Shown: one piece after another, positions 14,765 through 27,324 of the stretch
Layout: each line of letters opens with the position of its first letter
How positions within the stretch are numbered: the first letter of the stretch is position 1
Notes under the pieces: generated by a model
Database searches by the model: none
What the model was told of the DNA's origin: nothing
What the model saw: the letters and a program-made list of their open reading frames with translations, nothing else
NCBI RefSeq assembly: GCF_964204645.1
Contig: NC_134035.1
Coordinates: forward strand, 2,914,001 to 2,978,000
Length of the DNA stretch: 64,000 bases
DNA from: Tubulanus polymorphus
Taxonomy: Eukaryota > Animalia > Nemertea
Reading direction: 5' to 3'
Position numbers and translations under genes: made by a program

Positions 14765-15096
14765 TTCTTTTCTTTTCTTACAATAATATATCTTTTCCTT
14801 TCTTACAATAATATATCTTTTCTTTTCTTACAATAATATATCTTTTCCTTTCTTACAATAATATATCTTTTCTTTTCTTACAATAATATATCTTTTCTTT
14901 TCTTACAATATATTTTTTCTTTTCTTACAATAATATATTTTTTCCTTTCTTACAATAATATATTTTTTCCTTTCTTACAATAATATATTTTTTTCCTTTC
15001 TTACAATAATATATCTTTTCCTTTCTTACAATAATATATTTTTCTTTTCTTACAATAATAATATATTTTTTCTTTTCTTTCAATAATATATTTTTT
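14765..15096. repeat. ~25-bp AT-rich minisatellite (CAATAATATATCTTTTCCTTTCTTA)
   Basis: ~13 tandem units. Confidence 0.9.
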
Positions 15097-16155
15097 CGAT
15101 AATTCAAGCTATAATGTAATCTTTTAGGTTTCTCAAAATATGTTTTATGTTTAACATATCTCTCTTTATGTTTCCTACAATTTATTTTCTAATTATCTAA
15201 AATATCAATCCAAGTTTTTTTTTTCGAATACAAATATTTTTCAACCACTAAAATCCTGTAGTCGTCGTTGCTGAAGTTGTCGTCATCGTCGATGAAGCGT
15301 TTACGAATTTTAAAACGAGTCTAATTACGCGAAGTAACCAAACGTAGTAACGAACGAACGAACGAACGAGGCGATTCAGCTCCTTTAACTCCTTCCACTA
15401 CCCGATTACACAACGTACACTTTCAACCAAATTTTTCTTTCTGGAAAATATCTCGAGATCGCAAGCGAGAAGGAACGCTTGCGAGTAATTTGTGCACTGG
15501 AACGTTTGTGATTCGACCTGTTTCGTTATTACTCGCGATCGTGACGTATTGGACTATATACTACAGCCCTATGACAGATAGCGGGTTACTGGATCAACGA
15601 CAGATAGCGGGTTACTGGATCCATGACAGATAGCAGGTAACTTGATCCTTGGTGTCTCAACTCAGTTCGTCTCGTTTCTTTGTTACTGATGAACATGACG
15701 TATTGTATCATATAAGCCTTTTCGCTGTGGGTATCATTCAACTTTCATACTCGATATCGCATTGTATGAGACGGTCCCGTAAGACTGGATAGCATAGCAG
15801 GTGACTCTCACGCATTTATATCAGATAGTCTCTTGACTGATAACAGCAAACCTGATGTTTCGATAGATCGAATTGTTTCCATGTTACTTTACATCGCAAG
15901 ATTGATGTTTTGTAATCACATTGGTTTGGTACATTTTTTTCTGAATGCGATTTTTCACACTGTTCGGCACATCCTGCTTTACAGTTCATATCATAACAGC
16001 AGCAAATTGTAGAAACTGAAAAACAACAAAATAATCAAAATATAAATATAGATTTCAATTCAATCAAAATGTTACAAATCTATAAAGTAATTCGAATACA
16101 AGGAATTATGAGAAAGAAATATTTACCTGATTTGCTTGAGTTGTTTGTCCAGTTG

Positions 16156-16519
16156 ATGGAACTGATAGCGATACCGTCCACGAGACGCAACTGATAGCGA
16201 TACCGTCCACGAGACGCAACTGATAGCGATACTGTCCACGAGACGCAACTGATAGCGATACCGTCCACGAGACGCAACTGATAGCGATACCGTCCACGAG
16301 ACGCAACTGATAGCGATACCGTCCACGAGACGCAACTGATAGCGATACTGTCCACGAGACGCAACTGATAGCGATACTGTCCACGAGACGCAACTGAAAG
16401 CGATACCGTCCACGAGATGCAACTGATAGCGATACTGTCCACGAGATGCAACTGATAGCGATACCGTCCACGAGATGCAACTGATAGCGATACTGTCCAC
16501 GAGATGCAACTGATAGCAA
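16156..16519. repeat. 29-bp minisatellite AACTGATAGCGATACCGTCCACGAGACGC, array 1 (~12 copies)
   Basis: Head-to-tail units, no spacers. Confidence 0.95.
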
Positions 16520-16890
16520 TATAGTGGATTTTGATTGATCAGATTTGTTCACACTGTACGACGTTGTTTTTGCGAAGCAGTGTTTTCCGGTTCATAGTAA
16601 CAACAGCAAATTGGAGAAACTGAAATGATAAAACAAAATATAAATACAGATTTCAAACACATCAAAATATTACACAAAACTACAAATTTTAAAGTGAGAA
16701 GTGATGAGAAAGATAATTACCTGATTTGCTTGAGTTGTTTGCCCAGTTGACCGTTGAATGTTGGTGGAGTAATAAGACTGAATGACTCCAAGATAGAGTT
16801 GCCATTAGATCTGACCATTGAGTCGACATTTAGCCGAGAGTAGCGTTGACCGCAGTTTGAGTTGACAGTACTGAGTTGATCGCAGGGTTA

Positions 16891-17075
16891 GATGACCACC
16901 GCGCGTTGACGGTAAATGATAGCAGTGCCAGTCGATTGCGCGGTGAGTTGACATTAGGTTCAGTTGACCACCGCGCGTTGACGGTAAATTATAGCGGAGC
17001 GAGTCGATCGTGCGGTGAGTTGACAGTAGATTCAGTTGACCACCGCGCGTTGACGGTAAATGATAGCAGAGCGAA
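16891..17075. repeat. 72-bp minisatellite, array 1 (~2.5 copies)
   Basis: Unit GTTGACCACCGCGCGTTGACGGTAAATGATAGC...GGTGAGTTGACATTAGGTTCA. Confidence 0.85.
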
Positions 17076-18164
17076 TCAATCGATAGCACGGAGTTGATCA
17101 CTGACATTAGATCTTACCGGTTTTGAGTAAGTTGACCACTGAACGTGTGGTCATAGAGTGGATGTTGTATCAGGAGTTAACGGAGCCAATTAGTTGTTAC
17201 TATGGTTACTATTGTTGTCCATCGTTGCCATTCCCGTTGTTGTCGTCATCGTCATTGTTGATTTACAATATATATTTTTTTTTCTTACATGATTTTTTTT
17301 CTTTCATTACACAAACGTTTTTTTTCCCTTGTTCGAACCCGAGTCGACTGAAATGTCGAACAATAAATAATCGTATCACATCGAGATTTTTCATAATTGA
17401 TTTTGATGAAGTCACATGAGACTTGAAATAATGTTTACAGGTTCGGTCCCTGAAGATACACATTATTTCTACTAAACTGAAAAGTGTTAAAGATTTTATC
17501 ATTTCTAAACACTTCGGGTTCTTTTGAACCGAGCATCAAATGCAAAACATGGAAACTAAAACATACATGATTCCATGAATAAGAAACTCCGTTTAGGATT
17601 TTACTTTGATGACAATAAATTTCACAAAAACTTCCCAACAAATTTTCCAAAGTTGAGAAGTTCGATATCAGGTTCAGTTTATGAAGTTATGAATAAGACA
17701 ACTTCATAACTGTTGTAGTTTTCGCTGAAAATGAAAGTATTTGATACCAAAAATAGCAGATTTTGATATCACACAAAACTTGGTAATTTTATAGTGACAG
17801 GTTCGGTCCCTGTAAGCCGAGAAATGTTAGAGATTTCTCCTTAAAAATTTTGTACTTGTTCAAAACCAGCATCGAATACAAAACATGGAAACTAAAAAGA
17901 AATTCCAACAGGAAAATCCTTTCAGTTTCAATAATTTGATGACGATAACTGTAAGAAAAACGAATGCCAAATTTCAGAAGTTCAATATCAGGTCCAGATC
18001 ATGAAAATCTATGAATAAGACTTAACTGATACTGTAGTCGTTTTTTTGCTAAAAATGAAAGTAATTTGACGTCAAAAAATGGCAATTTAATCAAAAATGA
18101 TGAAGAAATTATCCAGATTTAGAGAGCATTTTGACTGTTGCTCAACGTTGTTTAAAGTTCACCA

Positions 18165-18230
18165 TCTGGCTCATTGGTAAGAGTAAACCAGATATAATAA
18201 TCTGTGCAGTTTCAGGTTCGATTCCTGATG
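18165..18230 (+). pseudogene. tRNA-derived remnant (SINE head or tRNA pseudogene)
   Basis: A-box-like TGGCTCATTGG and B-box GGTTCGATTCC at tRNA-like spacing; no intact cloverleaf. Confidence 0.4.
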
Positions 18231-19059
18231 ACAATTTCTGAAATTCGAAAAATTTCACAAAGTGTTTCCAACGTAGACACGAGATCTTATTCACGTGTTT
18301 CACTTGAGCTTTTCATTTCAATAAAAATAGGATTCTATTCAGGTAAAATTCCCGAATAATGAATGCCTCAAAATAATTTGGTCGTTTTTCAAAAGGCAAT
18401 TCATTGGAAATCATAGAAGTTTCCTTTGTTAAGTTCAGCTTCGTGAGTTCGAAGACTCAAATCATCAAATCAATCAACTAGAATTAGTAATTAGTACATT
18501 GCTTACGCATGATTTAACTTTTTGTGTTAAATCTGAACTCAGAACCCTATAGAACTGCGTCCTGCCGTTTAGTAATACATCATTATCATCGAGAATGATT
18601 TATCCATTTACAGGTTCAAATCCTGTTGGCAAGAAAATTGAATTAGGCAAATAACTGAGATTCCTTATTTAAATTCTGAAGGAAATAATAGTTTCACGGA
18701 TCATGGATCAATTTGGTCTCGATTTCAAAGATTTGATAGACAATTTGATATTTCAATATGGAACATTTGATCTCAATTTCATAGGATTGAGACGCACATT
18801 TGATCATTTTGGTCTCAATTTCACAGATTTGATATCCAAAATTCTTTGAGTATCAATTTCTCTTGAGTATCGACTTTGCGCTTCGACTGTCCCATATCAT
18901 AACAGCAGCAAATTGTAGAAACTGAAAAACAACAAAATAATCAAAACATAAATATAGATTTCAATCCAATCAAAATGTTACAAATCTATAAAGTAATTCG
19001 AATACAAGGAATTATGAGAAAGAAATATTTACCTGATTTGCTTGAGTTGTTTGTCCAGT

Positions 19060-19714
19060 TGATGGAACTGATAGCGATACCGTCCACGAGACGCAACTGA
19101 TAGCGATACCGTCCACGAGACGCAACTGATAGCGATACCGTCCACGAGACGCAACTGATAGCGATACCGTCCACGAGACGCAACTGATAGCGATACCGTC
19201 CACGAGACGCAACTGATAGCGATACCGTCCACGAGACGCAACTGATAGCGATACCGTCCACGAGACGTAACTGATAGCGATACCGTCCACGAGACGTAAC
19301 TGATAGCGATACCGTCCACGAGACGTAACTGATAGCGATACCGTCCACGAGACGCAACTGATAGCGATACCGTCCACGAGACGTAACTGATAGCGATACC
19401 GTCCACGAGACGCAACTGATAGCGATACCGTCCACGAGACGCAACTGATAGCGATACCGTCCACGAGACGCAACTGATAGCGATACCGTCCACGAGACGC
19501 AACTGATAGCGATACCGTCCACGAGACGCAACTGATAGCGATACCGTCCACGAGACGCAACTGATAGCGATACCGTCCACGAGACGCAACTGATAGCGAT
19601 ACCGTCCACGAGACGCAACTGATAGCGATACTGTCCACGAGATGGAACTGATTGCGATACCGTCCACGAGACGCAACTGATAGCGATACCGTCCACGAGA
19701 TGCAACTGATAGCA
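19060..19714. repeat. 29-bp minisatellite, array 2 (~22 copies)
   Basis: Head-to-tail units. Confidence 0.95.
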
Positions 19715-20086
19715 ATATAATGGATTTTGATTGATCAGATTTGTTCACACTGTACGACGTTGTTTTTGCGAAGCAGTGTTTTCCGGTTCATTGTAACAAC
19801 AGCAAATTGGAGAAACTGAAATGATAAAACAAAATATAAATACAGATTTCAAACACATCAAAATATTACACAAAACTACAAATTTTAAAGTGAGAAGTGA
19901 TGAGAAAGATAATTACCTGATTTGCTTGAGTTGTTTGCCCAGTTGACCGTTGAATGTTGGTGGAGTAATAAGACTGAATGACTCCAAGATAGAGTTGACA
20001 TTAGATCTGACCATTGAGTCGACATTTAGCCGAGAGTAGCGTTGACCGCAGTTTGAGTTGACAGTACTGAGTTGATCGCAGGGTTA

Positions 20087-20420
20087 GATGACCACCGCGC
20101 GTTGACGGTAAATGATAGCAGTGCCAGTCGATCGCGTGGTGAGTTGACAGTAGATTCAGTTGACCACCGCGCGTTGACGGTAAATGATAGCAGAGCCAGT
20201 TTATCACGCGGTGAGTTGACATTAGGTTCAGTTGACCACCGCGCGTTGACGGTAAATGATAGCAGAGCCAGTTTATCACGCGGTGAGTTGACATTAGGTT
20301 CAGTTGACCACCGCGCGTTGACGGTAAATGATAGCAGTGCCAGTTTATCACGCGGTGAGTTGACATTAGGTTCAGTTGACCACCGCGCGTTGACGGTAAA
20401 TGATAGCAGTGCCAGTCGAT
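20087..20420. repeat. 72-bp minisatellite, array 2 (~4.6 copies)
   Basis: Tandem units. Confidence 0.9.
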
Positions 20421-20745
20421 CGCTACTTTAATCAAAACGTAAACGTAAACGATCATAAGCGGAATATCGCGATGGTGATGAAGCGTTTACGAATTTTAAA
20501 ACCAGTCTAATTACGCGAAGTAACCAAACGTAGTAACGAACAAACGAGGCGATTCAGCTCCTTTAACTCCTTCCACTACCCGATTACACAACGTACACTT
20601 TCAACCAAATTTTTCTTTCTGGAAAATATCTCGAGATCGCAAGCGAGAAGGAACGCTAGCGAGTAATTTGTGCACTGGAACGTTTGTGATTCGACCTGTT
20701 TCGTTATTACTCGCGATCGTGACGTATTGGACTATATACGCTAAA

Positions 20746-22253
20746 ATACCGTCCACGAGACGCAACTGATAGTGATACTGTCCACGAGATGGAACTGATA
20801 GCGATACCGTCCACGAGACGCAACTGATAGCGATACCGTCCACGAGACGCAACTGATAGCAATACTGTCCACGAGACGCAACTGATAGCGATACCGTCCA
20901 CGAGACGCAACTGATAGCGATACCGTCCACGAGACGCAACTGATAGCGATACCGTCCACGAGACGCAACTGATAGCGATACTGTCCACGAGATGGAACTG
21001 ATAGCGATACCGTCCACGAGACGCAACTGATAGCGATACTGTCCTCGAGACGAAACTGATAGCAATACTGTCCACGAGATGGAACTGATAGCGATACCAT
21101 CCACGAGACGCAACTGAACGCGATACCGTCCACGAGACGCAACTGATGGCGATACCGTCCACGAGATGCAACTGATAGCGATACCGTCCACGAGACGCAA
21201 CTGATAGCGATACCGTCCACGAGACGCAACTGATAGCGATACCGTCCACGAGACGCAACTGATAGCGATACCGTCCACGAGACGCAACTGATAGCGATAC
21301 CGTCCACGAGACGCAACTGAACGCGATACCGTCCACGAGACGCAACTGATAGCGATACCGTCCACGAGATGCAACTGATAGCGATACTGTCCACGAGACG
21401 CAACTGATAGCGATACCGTCCACGAGACGCAACTGATAGCGATACCGTCCACGAGACGCAACTGATAGCGATACCGTCCACGAGATGCAACTGATAGCGA
21501 TACTGTCCACGAGACGCAACTGATAGCAATACTGTCCACGAGACGAAACTGATAGCAATACTGTCCACGAGATGGAACTGATAGCGATACCGTCCACTAG
21601 ACGCAACTGAACGCGATACCGTCCACGAGACGCAACTGATAGCAATACTGTCCTCGAGACGAAACTGATAGCAATACTGTCCACGAGATGGAACTGATAG
21701 CGATACCATCCACGAGACGCAACTGAACGCGATACCGTCCACGAGACGCAACTGATGGCGATACCGTCCACGAGATGCAACTGATAGCGATACTGTCCAC
21801 GAGACGCAACTGATAGCGATACCGTCCACGAGACGCAACTGATAGCGATACCGTCCACGAGACGCAACTGATAGCGATACCGTCCACGAGACGCAACTGA
21901 TAGCGATACCGTCCACGAGACGCAACTGAACGCGATACCGTCCACGAGACGCAACTGATAGCGATACCGTCCACGAGATGCAACTGATAGCGATACTGTC
22001 CACGAGACGCAACTGATAGCGATACCATCCACGAGACGCAACTGAACGCGATACCGTCCACGAGACGCAACTGATGGCGATACCGTCCACGAGATGCAAC
22101 TGATAGCGATACTGTCCACGAGACGCAACTGATAGCGATACCGTCCACGAGACGCAACTGATAGCGATACTGTCCACGAGATGGAACTGATTGCGATACC
22201 GTCCACGAGACGCAACTGATAGCGATACCGTCCACGAGATGCAACTGATAGCA
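20746..22253. repeat. 29-bp minisatellite, array 3 (~52 copies, with variant units)
   Basis: Head-to-tail units with recurrent variants GATGGAAC, CTGAACGC, CTGATGGC, GTCCTCGAG. Confidence 0.95.
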
Positions 22254-22626
22254 ATATAATGGATTTTGATTGATCAGATTTGTTCACACTGTACGACGTT
22301 GTTTTTGCGAAGCAGTGTTTTCCGGTTCATTGTAACAACAGCAAATTGGAGAAACTGAAATGATAAAACAAAATATAAATACAGATTTCAAACACATCAA
22401 AATATTACACAAAACTACAAATTTTAAAGTGAGAAGTGATGAGAAAGATAATTACCTGATTTGCTTGAGTTGTTTGCCCAGTTGACCGTTGAATGTTGGT
22501 GGAGTAATAAGACTGAATGACTCCAAGATAGAGTTGACATTAGATCTGACCATTGAGTCGACATTTAGCCGAGAGTAGCGTTGACCGCAGTTTGAGTTGA
22601 CAGTACTGAGTTGATCGCAGGGTTAG

Positions 22627-22960
22627 ATGACCACCGCGCGTTGACGGTAAATGATAGCAGTGCCAGTCGATCGCGTGGTGAGTTGACAGTAGATTCAGTT
22701 GACCACCGCGCGTTGACGGTAAATGATAGCAGAGCCAGTTTATCACGCGGTGAGTTGACATTAGGTTCAGTTGTCCACCGCGCGTTGACGGTAAATGATA
22801 GCAGAGCCAGTTTATCACGCGGTGAGTTGACATTAGGTTCAGTTGACCACCGCGCGTTGACGGTAAATGATAGCAGTGCCAGTTTATCACGCGGTGAGTT
22901 GACATTAGGTTCAGTTGACCACCGCGCGTTGACGGTAAATGATAGCAGTGCCAGTCGATC
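22627..22960. repeat. 72-bp minisatellite, array 3 (~4.6 copies)
   Basis: Nearly identical to array 2. Confidence 0.9.
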
Positions 22961-23284
22961 GCTACTTTAATCAAAACGTAAACGTAAACGATCATAAGCG
23001 GAATATCGCGATGGTGATGAAGCGTTTACGAATTTTAAAACCAGTCTAATTACGCGAAGTAACCAAACGTAGTAACGAACAAACGAGGCGATTCAGCTCC
23101 TTTAACTCCTTCCACTACCCGATTACACAACGTACACTTTCAACCAAATTTTTCTTTCTGGAAAATATCTCGAGATCGCAAGCGAGAAGGAACGCTAGCG
23201 AGTAATTTGTGCACTGGAACGTTTGTGATTCGACCTGTTTCGTTATTACTCGCGATCGTGACGTATTGGACTATATACGCTAAA

Positions 23285-23980
23285 ATACTGTCCTCGAGAC
23301 GAAACTGATAGCGATACTGTCCACGAGATGGAACTGATAGCGATACCGTCCACGAGACGCAACTGAACGCGATACCGTCCACGAGACGCAACTGATGGCG
23401 ATACCGTCCACGAGATGCAACTGATAGCGATACCGTCCACGAGACGCAACTGATAGCGATACCGTCCACGAGACGCAACTGAACGCGACACCGTCCACGA
23501 GACGCAACTGATAGCGATACTGTCCACGAGATGGAACTGATAGCGATACCGTCCACGAGACGCAACTGAACGCGATACCGTCCACGAGACGCAACTGATA
23601 GCGATACCGTCCACGAGACGCAACTGATAGCGATACCGTCCACGAGACGCAACTGATAGCGATACTGTCCACGAGATGGAACTGATAGCGATACTGTCCA
23701 CTAGACGCAACTGAACGCGATACCGTCCACGAGACGCAACTGATAGTGATACTGTCCACGAGATGGAACTGATAGCGATACCGTCCACGAGACGCAACTG
23801 ATAGCGATACCATCCACGAGACGCAACTGATAGCGATACTGTCCACGAGACGCAACTGATAGCGATACTGTCCACGAGACGCAACTGATAGCGATACCGT
23901 CCACGAGATGCAACTGATAGCGATACCGTCCACGAGATGCAACTGATAGCGATACCGTCCACGAGATGCAACTGATAGCA
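23285..23980. repeat. 29-bp minisatellite, array 4 (~24 copies)
   Basis: Head-to-tail units. Confidence 0.95.
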
Positions 23981-24353
23981 ATATAGTGGATTTTGATTGA
24001 TCAGATTTGTTCACACTGTACGACGTTGTTTTTGCGAAGCAGTGTTTTCCGGTTCATAGTAACAACAGCAAATTGGAGAAACTGAAATGATAAAACAAAA
24101 TATAAATACAGATTTCAAACACATCAAAATATTACACAAAACTACAAATTTTAAAGTGAGAAGTGATGAGAAAGATAATTACCTGATTTGCTTGAGTTGT
24201 TTGCCCAGTTGACCGTTGAATGTTGGTGGAGTAATAAGACTGAATGACTCCAAGATAGAGTTGACATTAGATCTGACCATTGAGTCGACATTTAGCCGAG
24301 AGTAGCGTTGACCGCAGTTTGAGTTGACAGTACTGAGTTGATCGCAGGGTTAG

Positions 24354-24615
24354 ATGACCACCGCGCGTTGACGGTAAATGATAGCAGAGCCAGTTTATCA
24401 CGCGGTGAGTTGACATTAGGTTCAGTTGACCACCGCGCGTTGACGGTAAATGATAGCAGTGCCAGTCGATCGCGTGGTGAGTTGACAGTAGATTCAGTTG
24501 ACCACCGCGCGTTGACAGTAAATGATAGCAGAGCCAGTTTATCACGCGGTGAGTTGACATTAGGTTCAGTTGACCACCGCGCGTTGACGGTAAATGATAG
24601 CAGAGCCAGTCGATC
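24354..24615. repeat. 72-bp minisatellite, array 4 (~3.6 copies)
   Basis: Tandem units. Confidence 0.9.
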
Positions 24616-25866
24616 GCTACTTTAATCAAAACGTAAACGATCATAAGCGGAATATCGCGATGGTAGCGGATCCGGGTTCGACGACGACGACGAATCGAGA
24701 CAAGTAAAAGGATGGTCCGGGTAAAGCCTTTTACGAAATATAATCGAACAAAAACCATTTATGATTACAATAAAGCTCCACTGCGGCATAAAAATCCCTC
24801 AACTAACCCGTGGTATATCCCTGAACCAAATAAACAAGAATCCTATATTGGGCGGGTAAAATGTGATAATATGAGAGGAACAAGTTTATCGCGATATCAA
24901 TAAGTTTATCGCGATATCAATATTAAAAAGTTAACAGGGTAAAACATTTCTTCACAGGAATGTTTTCATGTACAGTAAAAATACCAAGGTTACGCCCTCA
25001 GTTACAACTGATCTAAACATTAAGTCAGTTTGTATTATTGAATCTATTTACATAAGATGGCAGTTATACTGCGTAATAAAATCTGGTTTCAGTAAAAAAC
25101 GGCGAAGGTATCTTCAGATAGATCGAAGGGAAAAAAATCTCAATGAAATCTGGTTTCAGTAAAAACTGTAAACCATCAGCAATCTATTTCATCGCAAAAT
25201 ATCAGAGTACAGCAAAACTCTGCATTCAACATTAGATCAGATTTTAAAACTTTTTACATAAGATGGCAGTTATACTGCTAATGAAATATGGTTTCAGGAA
25301 AACCGTAAACCTTTAGCAATCTATTTCATTGTGAAATAGATGAAAATATATATAGTTGACCTCATCATCACATTGTTATAACGGGTGGGTGGGGCCCCCC
25401 AAAACATATTGAAGTCCAAGGGCCCCAACTAGATCTAATTGCCAAGCCACATAAAGATCAGTAATAATATATATAAAGACCATCAACGGTCCACAGTTAA
25501 AGTGTCGCAACACTGCAACACATATTCGGATGATAATAATTATCATCGTTATCCCGAGGCTCACGCCAATTTATCGAGTTCAAAAAAGTGACTTGGCAAT
25601 GTACCGCAGCGGAGAAAAAAATCGATAAAAAACATCCCGGGACCCACCAAAAAAATAAAAGGGTACTTACTGGCAAAAGCAGACGCATACAGTCGACAGA
25701 GGCTCAGATCACAGCGCCGCAGCATAAACCGTGGAACAGCGCAGAAGTAGTGAAGCACGGACAGAGGAGAGCATGGAAGAGGCGAAGGTATCTTCAGATA
25801 GATCGAAGGCAAAAAAAGGGTAACCAGCAGCAAAACACACGTAGTCAACTAATTTGACCTACGAAA

Positions 25867-27068
25867 TAACGAATGAGTAGTCGTATACTTGAACTAACGA
25901 ATGAGTAGTCGTATACTTGAACTAACGAATGAGTAGTCGTATACTTGAACTAACGAATGAGTAGTCGTATACTTGAACTAACGAATGAGTAGTCGTATAC
26001 TTGAACTAACGAATGAGTAGTCGTATACTTGAACTAACGAATGAGTAGTCGTATACTTGAACTAACGAATGAGTAGTCGTATACTTGAACTAACGAATGA
26101 GTAGTCGTATACTTGAACTAACGAATGAGTAGTCGTATACTTGAACTAACGAATGAGTAGTCGTATACTTGAACTAACGAATGAGTAGTCGTATACTTGA
26201 ACTAACGAATGAGTAGTCGTATACTTGAACTAACGAATGAGTAGTCGTATACTTGAACTAACGAATGAGTAGTCGTATACTTGAACTAACGAATGAGTAG
26301 TCGTATACTTGAACTAACGAATGAGTAGTCGTATACTTGAACTAACGAATGAGTAGTCGTATACTTGAACTAACGAATGAGTAGTCGTATACTTGAACTA
26401 ACGAATGAGTAGTCGTATACTTGAACTAACGAATGAGTAGTCGTATACTTGAACTAACGAATGAGTAGTCGTATACTTGAACTAACGAATGAGTAGTCGT
26501 ATACTTGAACTAACGAATGAGTAGTCGTATACTTGAACTAACGAATGAGTAGTCGTATACTTGAACTAACGAATGAGTAGTCGTATACTTGAACTAACGA
26601 ATGAGTAGTCGTATACTTGAACTAACGAATGAGTAGTCGTATACTTGAACTAACGAATGAGTAGTCGTATACTTGAACTAACAAATGAGTAGTCGTATAC
26701 TTGAACTAACAAATGAGTAGTCGTATACTTGAACTAACGAATGAGTAGTCGTATACTTGAACTAACGAATGAGTAGTCGTATACTTGAACTAACGAATGA
26801 TGAGTAGTCGTATACTTGAACTAACGAATGATGAGTAGTCGTATACTTGAACTAACGAATGATGAGTAGTCGTATACTTGAACTAACGAATGAGTAGTCG
26901 TATACTTGAACTAACGAATGAGTAGTCGTATACTTGAACTAACGAATGAGTAGTCGTATACTTGAACTAACGAATGAGTAGTCGTATACTTGAACTAACG
27001 AATGAGTAGTCGTATACTTGAACTAACGAATGAGTAGTCGTATACTTGAACTAACGAATGAGTAGTCA
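25867..27068. repeat. 28-bp minisatellite AACGAATGAGTAGTCGTATACTTGAACT (~43 copies)
   Basis: Almost perfect head-to-tail array; variants only in the right-hand third. Confidence 0.97.
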
Positions 27069-27324
27069 TACTCTTTGAACTAACGAACACGCTTAGTTTT
27101 ACATCCAAGATAAAAGCTTGGTTTAGTTGTAGTGAGTATGTTGTAAACATACTTACATCAAAAATATTGAAAATATTCCTGGATAAGATGCAGAAAGCGA
27201 GTGCAACTTCATACATAGAGAAAGGCTAATGCCTGAACTTTTAACATGAATAACTGCATCGTACTGTAAACTCATTAACAATTACTACCAATTAATGAAA
27301 CGAATATCTCGGCATTTTTATATA

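Larger units (their letters stand above)
15290..24640. repeat. Composite tandem locus: four units of [29-bp array + ~370-bp spacer + 72-bp array], with a ~270-bp block preceding three of them
   Basis: Spacer block near-identical at ~16520, 19715, 22255 and 23980. Block GATGAAGCGTTTACG...GGACTATATAC at ~15291, 20477 and 23016. Confidence 0.9.

Noticed and set aside
18986-24014. Long minus-strand ORFs up to 526 aa
   Set aside because: They are translations of the 29-bp repeat; all three frames give the same cyclic peptide, mostly from non-ATG starts.
16156-27068. CRISPR arrays (28-29-bp repeats)
   Set aside because: Units are head-to-tail with no unique spacers, there are no cas genes, and the context is eukaryotic.
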